A DNA stretch of 64,000 nucleotides, taken from positions 124,001-188,000 of the forward strand of contig AP026142.1 of NCBI GenBank assembly GCA_030295235.1. The letters are read 5' to 3'. Position numbers and translations under genes: made by a program. The first letter of the stretch is position 1, and each line of letters begins with the position of its first letter. The notes beneath the pieces were generated by a model. It saw only the letters and a list, made by a program, of their open reading frames with translations, was not told where the DNA came from and made no database searches. The stretch comes from Fistulifera solaris (Eukaryota). Below are positions 33,365 through 46,798 of the stretch, one piece after another.

Positions 33365-36300
33365 GTGTCAAGTCACTCGAGGATGATGATGAAGGCCACC
33401 AAGGATAGGTCTGTGACTTTCGCAGTGACGGAAGAAAAAGAAAATCCGGTCGATCGAATATCTCAACAATCTGCGTCATCGTCGCGACTTTCCCAGGAAA
33501 GTGCCAGGACTGATGTCAGTACCAGTTCGGACGCACTGGACCAGATTGATCAAAAAATCAACAAATTGATGAATCATTTGTACCGGCTGGAACCACCCGA
33601 GGGGGCGTCGAGCTTTGAGACACAAGAATTTCAACAACTCATGGGGATAGCTTCGTCGGCATATTCGTATTCGGTGGCGCGAAAGAAGGAGCGGCCATCG
33701 TATTCGGGGATCATTGGTGCGCGGAGACGAATCGATGATGAGAGGGGAATGGATACTCGATCATCGTTAGGGAACACCACGATCACTACACTCGAGCCAA
33801 TTGCATCGCAGCAGCCAGGATACAACACTCATGAATTCACCTACGAGACGGAGGATGACGCAACATCGATTGGGTCCAGGTCTGTTGGGAGTCGTAGAAA
33901 GATACACTGGGGAGATGCGAGCGAAGAGGGCGACGAAGCTAGTTTATTTGATGTCGGAACAGATCGATCTATCGCAGACTCGCAAGATAACTACTCGAAG
34001 TCCTCTAGTAAACAAAAGGTTCCACAGAAAAGGGTTCCTAGTATTGCCCGAAGTAAAAAAGACACTGCGCCACGATTTGCGTACAAAGCCAAACGAAAAA
34101 AGCATGAGCGGGAGTGTGAAAGCCGAGATGATGGTGTCGCGACAGATAGATCCGTTGCAGACTCTCTCGGTCACTCGTCAATCCAGTCTGATAAAAAGAG
34201 GTTACCACACAAAAAAGTCCCTGACATTGCTCGAAGTAAAAAGGACTCTGTGCTCCGATCTACGTACAATACCAAACGGTCGGACGTTATGTGGGAGGAC
34301 GATTGTTTTAGAGACGATGCTGGCGCGGTGGATAGATCGGTTGAAGAATCTCGGAATCAAGATTGGATTCATTCCTTTCAAGAACGGTTGCCAGAGACGA
34401 AGGTTCCAAGTATTGTCCCAAGCAAGAAGGACACAATACCCCATTTCGCGAGCAATGGCAGACTATTGGAGGGTAAAGACAAAGAAGAAATCAGAGATGA
34501 GGCGACAGGAGATGAATCATTCTCAGACTCCGAAAAAAGCCATTATTCGAATCCTTCCAGTAGTCTACCGTTATCACAGAAAAAGATTCTCTCACCGGGT
34601 ATACCACCAAGTAAGAAAGACACTGCACCCAATTTCGCATATCATGGCATACTATCGATGAGCGGAGGCGAAGAAGAAAGCAAAGATGATGTGGCGGCTT
34701 GCGATGCGAACTCAGACACTCAAAGTCATTATTCAAATCCTTCCTTTGATCGACCGAATTCACAGGAAAGCCTTTTCTCGCCGGATAATGCACAGAGTAA
34801 GGAAGATACTGCGTCTCATTTTGCGTATAATGTCAGACTATTGGAGAGCGAAAGCGAAGAAGATAGCAAGGTTGATGTCATGACGAAGCATGGCGCAGTC
34901 ACGGCCCCGCAAAGTTTCGATTCGAATCCTTTACATCAGAAACCACATCCTCATCGAAAGGTTCTTTTCCAAGGTTTTGCACAAAGTAAGAAAGAGACTG
35001 CGCCTCGTTTCGAACAGAATACCCAACTGTCGAATAGTTCTGTGTCACAACAGACAGAAGGTATTCGATCGGAATCCAGTGTGTTCAGCAAATCATGCAT
35101 TGCAGAATCATCAAATTATATCGCGCACCGTCCCTTAACATCGACGAAGGATCAGAGAAGCTCCGTGACGAAATTCGAAGAAAGTTTATTAGCTACCACA
35201 AATATGTTTCAGCAAGCACCAGTCCAATCCTTGCGAGCAGAGGTCCGGCGAAGGATGGTTGACATCGATACGTGTACCGGAAACAGGTCGCATCAGCTAT
35301 TTCTTTCTCAACAAACGGGTCCGAATTCTAAAAATTTTTGCAATGAGAAAGTTATCGATCCCTCTTTCACGTACCAAACCAGAATGCCGAAGGATACACA
35401 GTCACAGCGTAGACGAATTCTTCGATCACACTCTGATTTGTCAAGCGCTACGTTTAGTGCTAGAGCTTCAGACAGTAGCTTTGGTCTCGTGATTCCGAAA
35501 TCACCAACTTACGACACTGCAATTGGTCGCAGAAAAGAAATGCTCACCTCTGAATGTCTTGATGTGTTTGGTGAGCCGAGACAGTCACAGGAAAAGACTT
35601 CGAGTTTCGGAATATCACGAAGTGGTAAAGTTAACGCTCCCAGTTTGGGAGACGAGATAGAATCATACGAGAAAAGAAATCTGCCAAAACGAAGCATTGT
35701 TCGGTCGCGATCGGATGTGTCAAACGCAAGATCTTCTGCAAACTATTCCGATGGATCTATGATGAGTGAAGTGATTCCCCGATCGTCAACGTATGATAGT
35801 GCAGCCAGTAGTCGACATAAGAGGATTCTCTGTCAAACACTCAGTAACGACTTCTCGCACCAAACCCCCGAAGAGTTGGCACGATCTCAAGTCAAGTATG
35901 TAAAGAACATATTACACACTATGAGCACCTTAGAATCAAGGGAAGAACCAAGACAGGTAACGAGTCAGTGTTCGGTAATGGGGAATGAAAAGAAGCCCCG
36001 ATCCAGGCAAGAAGAAGCAATGCAACCGGAAAAATTCGGTGTAGAAATGGAATTGAAAAAGACGCACTTCGGCCCATCCAGGCAAGGTGAATCATCAATG
36101 AAACCAGAAGAGTTGTTTTCTGAAATGGAATTGAAAAGCTTGAAAAGACTTTGGGTTCGAAGCCGACGACGCGTATCTGATCAAGCAGTAAGCGATTCAG
36201 ACGACTTACTTTATTCGGCAAGTCTAGGCACAACTCCAGCACAAACATTGAAAGAAAAACAGGTGCACCAACCAAGCAGCCAAGATGTACCTGCTCAACA

Positions 36301-38806
36301 AGATCTTCATGCAACAGAAAATGATCAAGCGATTAGCAAGAACAAAGCTGCTGAAGATTGCCACGACAGGTCCCTAGCTACCGGATCGGGATTGTCCATA
36401 GATGTTTCCGACTACATGAACGGATTGTGGGAACAGACACTGTCCGCTTCGGAAACAGGTGGTTCCAATTATAGTAAAGATTCGCTTTCAACCCTTGATT
36501 TTGGTATCGGCCAACCCACAGAAGAAACGGAAGAATTTCGAAGGACGCTGAATGGTGTACTTCGACAATTTGCCGACGAAAACAAGGATGTGTCTTCGAC
36601 AAATAACGGCAAAGAAGAGGAGATGCAATGGTGTCCTGAAAAACGGACATTTGTACCCTCTTCAGGCGCTGCAAAAGACAGTGGTCTTCCTCTTAAAGAG
36701 ACCCTTAGTGCTTCATATGAAAAACGGACTCGTCTGGACAACATTAGTACGCCTTCAGCACTAGCCGAGGAGGCGGAAACAAAGCCTCGCATGGACACTT
36801 CTACATTGGCATTTCTCGAGTTCGCCGAAACCTGGCGGCGCACACGAACACCTCTAGCCAAACAGATTTCCACGGGAATTCCTTCGTTGATCAACGGGGA
36901 TACCGAGAGTCAAAGTGAAGCGAATGAAGTCATGGGGAAGCGAGAGGGGACTTTGAAAACGTCGGCGTCTTCAAATGCAAGTGAGCTAAGTGATTTTCAT
37001 AGTGACAATTTTTTCGAAGCGTTGACGAAAGAGGCTCTGGCAGACGCGAATGCATCAAGGGCTGTTGTTGAAGACGTTCTCAAAGCGGAGAGCGACTGCA
37101 ACAAGAGGTATTCATTTGAGCAAACAGATGCGCTAATTAGCGACTATATTGAAGGACTTGGTTGGGAGATGAAGCTACCGTCTGAAAGCTCCAACGCGGG
37201 AGATCCATTGGAAGACCAAGGTCAGCATTTATCCGAAAGCAATACACTTTCATTCGACATTAGCGATCCTGGACCGTTGCGTATTTCACATGTCAACCCA
37301 GCCAACTATTTTCCAGGCTCGTTGATCACCAAAAATATTTTTCGAAGTGGTGGCTGTGGCTCTTCATTTTTCACGTGTGACGACCAATTAGAGCCTTCTC
37401 AGCAGATTCAAACGTCTATAGACAGTAGTGCCGTCGCTCTGCCTTCTACGGTGAAAGAGGTTATTGTGCCGAAGAGTCCCGAGTGTTTTAGCACTGGCGC
37501 AAGCGTCGTATCTTCTATGAAATCGGACAAGGCGCGCCGAAGCGGAGATTTTTCGATTGGTTCGAGTATCGATTCGGAGCCGACGCTTGGAGAGCCCTCC
37601 TCCCAGGACTTGCCCAATGAGTCTTTGCACAACAATATACGCGAAATTACGACTTCGTCTCCCATCAAGCGCTCTCCTTGGCAACCGAAGCAACCCCTTA
37701 ACAAGCCGTCTAGTTCGTATTGGAAGAACCTTCCACAGATGAGTAAACTCGGCTCGTTCGACAGTACTATCGTAAACGAAGAAGTCAATACGCATGGACG
37801 ACCGAATCCTTACGTGTTTCGTGATAGAGCTATTGAGGATTATAGCTCGGCACAAGGAATTTCATCTCCCGATGATGCTTTCTTTACGCCCCATCAACCG
37901 GCATTCCAGTCCAAGCAAGAAACACGTAACCCACAACCGACGTATCAACCTGTGCAACAACTGTTTCCGGTGCAATTGCCACCTTTCCCGTATCATCCGT
38001 CGCCAACTCCGCCAGCGAAAGAAACGCAGAATCAACAACCGACAATTCATCCTGCACACCTACCGTCACCGGTACAATTTCCGCCGATCCGGTATCCATC
38101 GCCAACACCGCCAGTGCAACACGAGCGGCCTGTTGCCCAGTACCAGTCGCCGTTTCAGCCATATCAGCAACATGCCAACCCTTCTCAACAGCATCAGCAG
38201 CAGATTACGCATCAACCTTCGCCATTTCTGCCACACGAACACTACGTGCATCCGAACCAACCCGAATACTATGCACCTCCGCAACACCAGCATTCACAGC
38301 TTCCGCACCAAGAGCCACCTGTTCGTCCGGGCCCATCGCCACTTGATCCCTATACGACACTTGTACCACAGTCACAGCAAGAGCCACCACCCGCAATGAC
38401 AACTCATCAGCTGCAGCAAACTGCAATAAATCAAAGTGTGGCTCCGCTAATGACGGATCCGGTGGCAACAACGGTCGAGGCACCACTGACGACGGCAACA
38501 ACAGCAACGACCCCCATCTACCACAAGGCCGCAACGAAGCGTCGTCGAAAAAGTCACGTCTCCTCCAACAAGTCCTTAATGGATGAAGACGAAACATCTT
38601 TGGAGTCGTCCCATCGTCATACCATTTCGTTTCGCACCGAAGTGACCGATGAAGATGAGACTTTCTTAACGGAAGACGAACGTGCAAAGTCGTCGCAGTG
38701 GTGGTGCAGTGATTTCAATCTAGCTGATTGGATTCCCACTTTTGTTCTCATTCGTGATAGTATTAATCTATTTATTCTAAGTGTTTGTATATTAACAATT
38801 TATTGA
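33365..38806 (+). CDS. Very large (over 1800 aa) low-complexity protein with internal repeats
   Basis: 1813-codon ORF, Ser/Glu-rich, with a Pro/Gln/His-rich C-terminal part and a hydrophobic terminal segment. The true start is probably upstream (ORF 33015-33386 through a frameshift). Confidence 0.8.
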   Translation: MSSHSRMMMKATKDRSVTFAVTEEKENPVDRISQQSASSSRLSQESARTDVSTSSDALDQIDQKINKLMNHLYRLEPPEGASSFETQEFQQLMGIASSAYSYSVARKKERPSYSGIIGARRRIDDERGMDTRSSLGNTTITTLEPIASQQPGYNTHEFTYETEDDATSIGSRSVGSRRKIHWGDASEEGDEASLFDVGTDRSIADSQDNYSKSSSKQKVPQKRVPSIARSKKDTAPRFAYKAKRKKHERECESRDDGVATDRSVADSLGHSSIQSDKKRLPHKKVPDIARSKKDSVLRSTYNTKRSDVMWEDDCFRDDAGAVDRSVEESRNQDWIHSFQERLPETKVPSIVPSKKDTIPHFASNGRLLEGKDKEEIRDEATGDESFSDSEKSHYSNPSSSLPLSQKKILSPGIPPSKKDTAPNFAYHGILSMSGGEEESKDDVAACDANSDTQSHYSNPSFDRPNSQESLFSPDNAQSKEDTASHFAYNVRLLESESEEDSKVDVMTKHGAVTAPQSFDSNPLHQKPHPHRKVLFQGFAQSKKETAPRFEQNTQLSNSSVSQQTEGIRSESSVFSKSCIAESSNYIAHRPLTSTKDQRSSVTKFEESLLATTNMFQQAPVQSLRAEVRRRMVDIDTCTGNRSHQLFLSQQTGPNSKNFCNEKVIDPSFTYQTRMPKDTQSQRRRILRSHSDLSSATFSARASDSSFGLVIPKSPTYDTAIGRRKEMLTSECLDVFGEPRQSQEKTSSFGISRSGKVNAPSLGDEIESYEKRNLPKRSIVRSRSDVSNARSSANYSDGSMMSEVIPRSSTYDSAASSRHKRILCQTLSNDFSHQTPEELARSQVKYVKNILHTMSTLESREEPRQVTSQCSVMGNEKKPRSRQEEAMQPEKFGVEMELKKTHFGPSRQGESSMKPEELFSEMELKSLKRLWVRSRRRVSDQAVSDSDDLLYSASLGTTPAQTLKEKQVHQPSSQDVPAQQDLHATENDQAISKNKAAEDCHDRSLATGSGLSIDVSDYMNGLWEQTLSASETGGSNYSKDSLSTLDFGIGQPTEETEEFRRTLNGVLRQFADENKDVSSTNNGKEEEMQWCPEKRTFVPSSGAAKDSGLPLKETLSASYEKRTRLDNISTPSALAEEAETKPRMDTSTLAFLEFAETWRRTRTPLAKQISTGIPSLINGDTESQSEANEVMGKREGTLKTSASSNASELSDFHSDNFFEALTKEALADANASRAVVEDVLKAESDCNKRYSFEQTDALISDYIEGLGWEMKLPSESSNAGDPLEDQGQHLSESNTLSFDISDPGPLRISHVNPANYFPGSLITKNIFRSGGCGSSFFTCDDQLEPSQQIQTSIDSSAVALPSTVKEVIVPKSPECFSTGASVVSSMKSDKARRSGDFSIGSSIDSEPTLGEPSSQDLPNESLHNNIREITTSSPIKRSPWQPKQPLNKPSSSYWKNLPQMSKLGSFDSTIVNEEVNTHGRPNPYVFRDRAIEDYSSAQGISSPDDAFFTPHQPAFQSKQETRNPQPTYQPVQQLFPVQLPPFPYHPSPTPPAKETQNQQPTIHPAHLPSPVQFPPIRYPSPTPPVQHERPVAQYQSPFQPYQQHANPSQQHQQQITHQPSPFLPHEHYVHPNQPEYYAPPQHQHSQLPHQEPPVRPGPSPLDPYTTLVPQSQQEPPPAMTTHQLQQTAINQSVAPLMTDPVATTVEAPLTTATTATTPIYHKAATKRRRKSHVSSNKSLMDEDETSLESSHRHTISFRTEVTDEDETFLTEDERAKSSQWWCSDFNLADWIPTFVLIRDSINLFILSVCILTIY

Positions 38807-39107
38807 TTTGCATTCCATTACGATAGTAGAGCGCCCTGAACTCCTTTTGTATCGTTTCAACGATGATTCGCGACCGCTTTAGGATGTGAATCTCAAGTCC
38901 CGGTCAATATGTTTCGTGTCATCTCATAGACACTCTACTTTGTGTTTGCACACGATCTGCGATGGGGAACCCATTCCTTCCTTGGGGGTTGGGCTCAACA
39001 CACGGAAGGTCTCCCAAACCGATAGCATTTCGACACCAACCAGCAAAGCGAGGGAGGCAATTATTAAAAGTAGTTTCTAGAGTCTGTCAATCCTCATTCG
39101 AAAAAGG

Positions 39108-39200
39108 ATTGTATTTCAATGGTACTATATAGAATATTTCATTATTTAATTAAGCATTGTATTCCAATCGTACTATATAGATTATTTCATTATTTAATTA
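39108..39200. repeat. 48-bp-period AT-rich tandem duplication
   Basis: attgtatttcaatggtactatatagaatatttcattatttaatta (39108-39152) versus attgtattccaatcgtactatatagattatttcattatttaatta (39156-39200). Confidence 0.9.
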
Positions 39201-39218
39201 TTCAATTCGTTTCATTTC

Positions 39219-40539
39219 TCATGCCTTCGCCTTGGCCTTCAAGGAACCATTGTTGGCCATTTCTTCTGCCACCAACACGGCATTCAAAGCAGCTCCTCGC
39301 AACAGTTGATCCCCACACACAAAGAATTCCAAACCATGATCCCCAAAAATCAAACTTTTACGGATACGTCCCACTTCGATATCGTATTGTCCCGTAGCCG
39401 TCAATGGCATGGGATATTGCAACTGCGCAGGATCATCGACCAACTTGACGCCGGGACTGTCCGCCAAGACGCGACGAGCTTCTTCGACATTGACGGGTTT
39501 TTCTGTTTCAACAATGATGACTTCGGAATGCGCACGAATGGTCGGAATACGGACGGCCGAACAACTGACGGGGAAATCGTCCGGCAGTGAACAAATCTTA
39601 CGTGATTCCCAAGCGACTTTCATTTCTTCCTTGGTATAACCATTGTCCATGAATTTGTCAATTTGCGGTATCACGTTAAAGGGTAAAGGATGGGCAAAGA
39701 TTTTGTTTTCGACTTTGTCTCCTTGCAACCATTTCTGGGTGCCTTGTTGCAATTCATCCATACCTTCTTGACCGGCTCCCGAGGAAGCTTGGTAGGTCGA
39801 CATGATAATTTTCTTCAAACCATACAATTGATGCAATGGCCAAATGGCCATGAGACCAATGGCGGTTGTACAATTGGGATTGGCAATCAATTTGCACTTT
39901 TTGGTTTCGGCGCCATTGATTTCCGGAACAACCAAGGGAATATCTTTTTCGTAGCGGAATGCGGACTGTCAAAAGTGGTAAAAGGGTAAATGAGAACAGG
40001 AAAAGAATCACTCACACACACTGGTACAGCACACACACACACACGCACCGAATTGTCAATGACGACACACCCATCGTCTCCTTCTACCAACGCTTTCGCG
40101 TGTTCCAAGGCAAAATCACCACTGACGGCCAAAAGACGACATCGCATTCGCGTGCAGCGGCCCGATCAAACAATTCAACCGTCACACTGCCATATTTCTC
40201 GGTTTGGACGGTGGTGCCCGCCGATCGGGCACTACCAAAGATGCGCAATTGCGCGACGGGGAAATTTCGATTCTCTAAACAATCCTTAATTTCTTTCCCA
40301 ACGGCCCCGGTTGCACCAACAATACCGACAGTATACGACATTTGTAGAGCCGGAGGAGTACGAATGGGAATTTTATTGTTATTGTTCTGGTAAGTGGATG
40401 GATGAGTGAAGGAAGAGTAGTTGACAACGGAGGCGTTCTTGCGTGATTGTAACGATGAATTCGCAATCGGTGTAAAAGCAAAGGAAGAAGTAGCACCAAA
40501 TAAAAAGGCAGTGGCAACAGCGGATGCACTAAACTTCAT
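39219..40539 (-). CDS. asd: Aspartate-semialdehyde dehydrogenase, plastid-targeted
   Basis: [21 protein letters not shown]...[17 protein letters not shown] (catalytic Cys), [27 protein letters not shown]. Signal [24 protein letters not shown]. Intron 39966-40048 containing (GT)n; frameshift near 40132. Confidence 0.96.
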
Positions 40540-40864
40540 GATGACAACGCACAACAACAAACAAGAGAGACGTTGTAAAAGTCTGGTGTCGTTTGTGTCT
40601 TTTTTTTTTTCTTTTTTCGATCCGTTTCAAAGCAAAGAAGTGACAATTTCTCCGCGTGTCTGCCGATGATGCCGTTGGTTTGTTTGTTTTTTTTGGACGG
40701 TGGAAGGTGAACGACGCTTGGTGCGTAACCAAGGACAGACTACGGACGACTTACGGACACAACAAGTACTACTTACGTAAATTACATACAGTACTTACTG
40801 TCTCGCCGTCCGTATTCGAGCTAAGGTATATTTTATGGGAGTATTCTTTTTTTTGTTCCTATTC

Positions 40865-42306
<1,442 letters not shown>

Positions 42307-42849
42307 GATGAAATGAGAATAAAATAATGATAAGAAGAAGAATAAGAAGAATACGGAGTAATAATAAGAAGTGTTGAGAAGGATCACAAGATACTGGTAT
42401 CGTTCGTCGCTGACTGTCTTGTTTTTGTTTGGAATAATCTCGAGTTTTGTCCTTTCATCGTCCGTACCATTGAGACGATGATGATGATTGAAGAAGTAGT
42501 TCGACCGGCATTCTGCTGTTTTGCTATATAGATTGTGTTACTTCTATGATTTTTTTGTACCGGATATAGAGTGACGCGATCCATCATTCGTATCCTTGAA
42601 ATTGTACAACGGACAGCATTCACGCCAGACGAGCCTCTTACTTTCAAAACCATAGTCACGAACGAATGGCGGATGGTCGATGGCGATGCCAGAGGAACGA
42701 CCCCATAAAGAAAAAAGCAAACTGTTTTTTTTTTTTTTTCATCGCCCAGTTGGAGAAACAATAAATAAATAAATAAAGAATAGGCCAAAAAGAAAGAAAG
42801 AACGAACGAACGAACGAACGAACGAAAGTATTTCTTTTTCTGTTCCATC

Positions 42850-44568
42850 ATGTCGGACATTTTGGCACCGCAATCGTTGGCACAATTGTTGCGCTTGCAC
42901 GCCCAAGATCCTAGTTTGGTCAGCGCAAAACCAACGCAATTTTATGGATGGGTCCGTCGAACGCGTGTTGGTGGTGGAGGGACGATTGTCTTTCTTGATG
43001 TGTATGATGGAACACAAGTTGGTAATTTGAATTGTTTGGCATCCGAACAAGATTATTCTTATTCTTCTTCTTCTTCTTCTTCTTCGGCTGTCGTGGAAGA
43101 CGAACAACCCCAACAACCGTCCTTTCGGGCATTAACGTTTGCACAATTGTCGCAAATGGAACATTTGAGTATGGGTTGTGCGGTGGTGGTCGAAGGGACT
43201 CTGGTATTGAGTCCTCCCACGGCGACACAAGCGTTTGAATTGAATGTGCGTACCGTCCGATTGATTGGTTCTGTCGAAGATCCGATCAATTATCCCCTCC
43301 AAAAAGGGACCGAAAAGAAAATGATTGCATTGCGACAATTGCCCTTTTTTCGTTTTCGGGCCCAAGTCATGCAATGCATCTTTCGGATTCGTTCCAAATT
43401 GAATTTGGCTGTTCATCAATTCATGGATGGCGAAGATGTCATACAAACCGATCCCAACATTATGACCATTAGTGATTGTGAAGGTGCGGGTGAAACCTTT
43501 ACGGTATCACCCCGTATGTTTTCGAAACATGCCATTACCGGGGAAGACATTCCCGTTGGATTGACAGTATCGAGTCAATTGCCTCTCGAGGCCACCATTT
43601 TAGGATTCAAACAAGTGTATACGTGTCAAAAGTCCTTTCGGGCCGAAAAGTCCGATACCAACAAACATTTGGCCGAATTCTTACACGTCGAATACGAAGC
43701 CGCTTTCATTACATTGGAAGATTTGTTGCAACAAGCAGAACGCTTTGTCAAATACGTCATTCGGTACGGCTTTGAACGTTGTGCGGCTGACTTTGATTGG
43801 TTGGAAAGTAAATTCCGTCCCACGGATGTTACACCGACGCGGGCTTTATTGTTGGAAGCGGTAGAGCGACCCTTTGTACGCATCAAACATCGTGAAGCGG
43901 TAGATTTGATTCAACAATTGCTCAAAGACAAGACCGAATTGCCCGGAGAAGATGGAAAACTCAAACGTGTCAAAGTCAAGAAATTTCCATCACACGATGA
44001 AGATTTGGGTTCGGAACATGAAAAGTTACTCGTCACGTATTTTGGGTATATGACCATTCCCGAAGAGCAACGCGCCGATTGGTTGGCACAAGGCAAAGAA
44101 GTCGGGGCCTTTGTCTTTGTCACGCACTGGCCGCTCAAAAATCAAATCGTTTTATATGAAACAATGCGATGATGGTAGTGGTGAATGTGAATCCTTTGAT
44201 TTGTTGTGTCCTCGGGTGGGGGAACTTTTTGGTGGTTCCATGCGTGAATATCGTTACGAGAAATTGCAGACCGAAATTGAACAGCGGGCCATGGATGTAT
44301 CGCCCATTCAGTGGTATTTGGATTTGCGCAAAGTGGTTCTCAACCGCATGGTGGTTGGGGTGAGTTTCGTCGTTATGAATTTAATTTGTTGGGAGTTGTT
44401 TGATTTGGTCGTACTTGGTGAACGTGAACCGAACTAACCGAACTAATATTTTCATTATTTGTTGTTGCAGGTATGGGCTTTGATCGATTGGTCATGTTGG
44501 TGTGTGGTGTCCAGTCGGTTCGTGATGTCGTGCCGTTCCCGGTGTATTACACGCATTGTCCGTATTAA
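42850..44568 (+). CDS. asnS: Asparaginyl-tRNA synthetase (bacterial-type motifs)
   Basis: OB fold GWVRRTR..VFLDVYDGT, SDCEGAGETF, LTVSSQLPLE, motif 2 SFRAEKSDTNKHLAEF, DLGSEHEK, SFDLLCPRVGELFGGSMRE, WYLDLR, motif 3 PHGGWG|MGFDRL. Intron 44360-44470; frameshifts near 44138 and 44331. Confidence 0.93.
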
Positions 44569-44768
44569 CCAAGCAAGTGATGAATCACGAAAGAAAAGGG
44601 AGAATTATGAATGTTTTCAAAAAACAAGAGTTGGATACGGTAATGAATGATAAGTCTCTAGTTTAGTTGCTTTCTGGATGATTGGCTTACAAGGCGTTTT
44701 TATTACGACTGGTCTAAGCATAAATAGTAGAACCAATTCAAAGTTATCTAGGCATTATTGTCTAGTAT

Positions 44769-46798
44769 TCATCCCCACGCTTCGACACTCAGCAATCCTG
44801 TCGCTTGTCGTTGAGCCAAGAATAGTTGAACATGTTTCTCGTCCCCCAAAATTGCCACGAGGCTTTCTGCGAGTACTTCCTTGACGGCCTTGGCCATTCT
44901 CGGACTACCCGCCACATAAATAGCTCCATCTTGGTGCAAAACATGTTGCGAAAGTAATTGGTGTTCACGTTCGGCTTTTTGTAGTACTTGTTGTACGTAT
45001 ACTTTATGCCATTGATCGCGACTAAACGCCGTCAACTGTTGCAACCCGGGCCACCATTCCTTTTTGTAATAGAAATCACACGACTCTTTGCGACAACCAA
45101 AGACTAGAATGTCGTTTTGGAAACCCAGGGCACGACGCTCTCGTAACAGACCTCGCAAGGGGCGATTCCCGTCCCTGCACCAATACAAAGAACAGGACGT
45201 GGACGACCACTCAACGGAAGTTGATGAAAGCTACCGGGACGAATCCATAGACGCACTATACTGCCATGACGGCTCAATGTCGCCAAATAATCAGAACACA
45301 ATCCATAAAAATTTCGACCCAACGGAGTTGTCCCTTGAACACGAGCGACACACAATTCTATTGCCGACTCTTCTTTGTTCCATTCTTCGGTAGGAGAACT
45401 GGCAATGCTGAATTCGCGAGGTCGAATGGGAGACAGCAACGCCAACAGTGCCTCCAAAGTCAACAACGAACCTTGTGCTCGTAAGGAATCAAAATCATAA
45501 ATCACATCTGCCCAACTCCTCTTTTCTCGTAGACAGAAGTCCGCGTATAGTGCTGATCCACGCGTTTCACTCAACGAAAGCAATTTGTCACGCTGCTCTG
45601 CTCCCAGGGGATGTTTTAACGAACAGTAGAAACTCAATGCGCGTAAATCTTCGCGTTCGGGTATGGCATGAATATCGGCACAGTAGGTCAGCCAGCCTCG
45701 TAACGTACAATGCGTCGGCCAGTGCGGATAAGAAATACCAATCGTCGCAACCATGCTGTGTGTAGCATCCCAAGCGATTTGGAGCTCTACATCGGCAACA
45801 TCCTGGATGGCCTTGGGGAGGACTCGCAAAAACGATCCACTTCTTTGGCCGAATTACTCGGCAAGATACAGGCAATATCTCCCGCTTGATATGGCAGTGC
45901 CGACAAACTCCATTCCTTTGTTTTGGGAAAGGAAGGTACTTGGAACCGAATGTGCCGTGTATCTTGTTCCCAATCTTCCGTCGTCAATCGTTGATTACTT
46001 TCTACAACCGCCACTAGTGGTCGTGTCTGTTCATGAACAAGTTTCCGTTCACCGTTGTCGTAACTGTAACTCATCATGGGACTGACGCTGTGAAAGAAGG
46101 ATTGATACGACTCTTGAAAAGTTTCGAGCTGCCATTCCTCCTCGTCGAGCGGTTCGTATGTTAATGACGAAAGCAACGACAGTCGATACGGATTGTGTCC
46201 TCTTTCTGGTCGATGTTTTGGACAAGTGGCAAATTGTTGGAGTAATACTTGTTCAAGCCACACATCCAAATCAGCCAAGACACCACCATTCGGTGTCCCA
46301 TCGTCGCCATAACCGGGTTCACACACTAGTTCAGCCCCCAATTGCAACATTCGCACCGCCCATTTCCGTCCGGCGGCACAAAACAATGGTCCGTACGCCC
46401 GATCTCCCAAATTAAAAATGGCAAAAGGAATCTTTTGCAAGAATTGGGATGGTAATGACGTTTGGAGGCTGAATGAATGAATGAAAGAAAGAAAGAAAGA
46501 AAGAGTCAGACGATACCGATTATGCCAAAACGGTTTTCAGCAACACACAACACGTACAGCAGAGACCACGTCTGACGAATGGTATCGGTATGTTCGCCTT
46601 CTCCCGTGGTGCTAATGAAAAGAGAAACAACGTGTCTTTGAGAGTGAGTCGTTGCAAATCACCCTTCACATATTCATCGACGGAACGGTTGTGCAAAACG
46701 GTCACGTATTCTTGTAGCAGTCGAGCGGCACGACGCGCACATGCCCGAGCTCTTCCTGATTGTGTAGAAAACAGAATAATACAAGACGAGGGGATCAT
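44769..46798 (-). CDS. NDOR1: NADPH-dependent diflavin oxidoreductase 1 (Tah18-like)
   Basis: Flavodoxin loop ILFSTQSGRA, STTGEGE, FNLGDRAYGPLFCAAGRK, NQRLT...QDTRHI, PREFSIASS, GLCSDYL, IGAGTGIAP, LVFGCR..DFYY, AFSRDQ..KVYVQ, terminal EAWG. Intron 46469-46557; at least three frameshifts. Confidence 0.9.

Noticed and set aside
42790..42826. (AAAG)n/(AACG)n runs, also (GAAT)n/(AAAG)n at 46471-46503 and (GAAT)n near 29891
   Set aside because: Ordinary microsatellites in UTRs or introns; no spacers, so not CRISPR-like.
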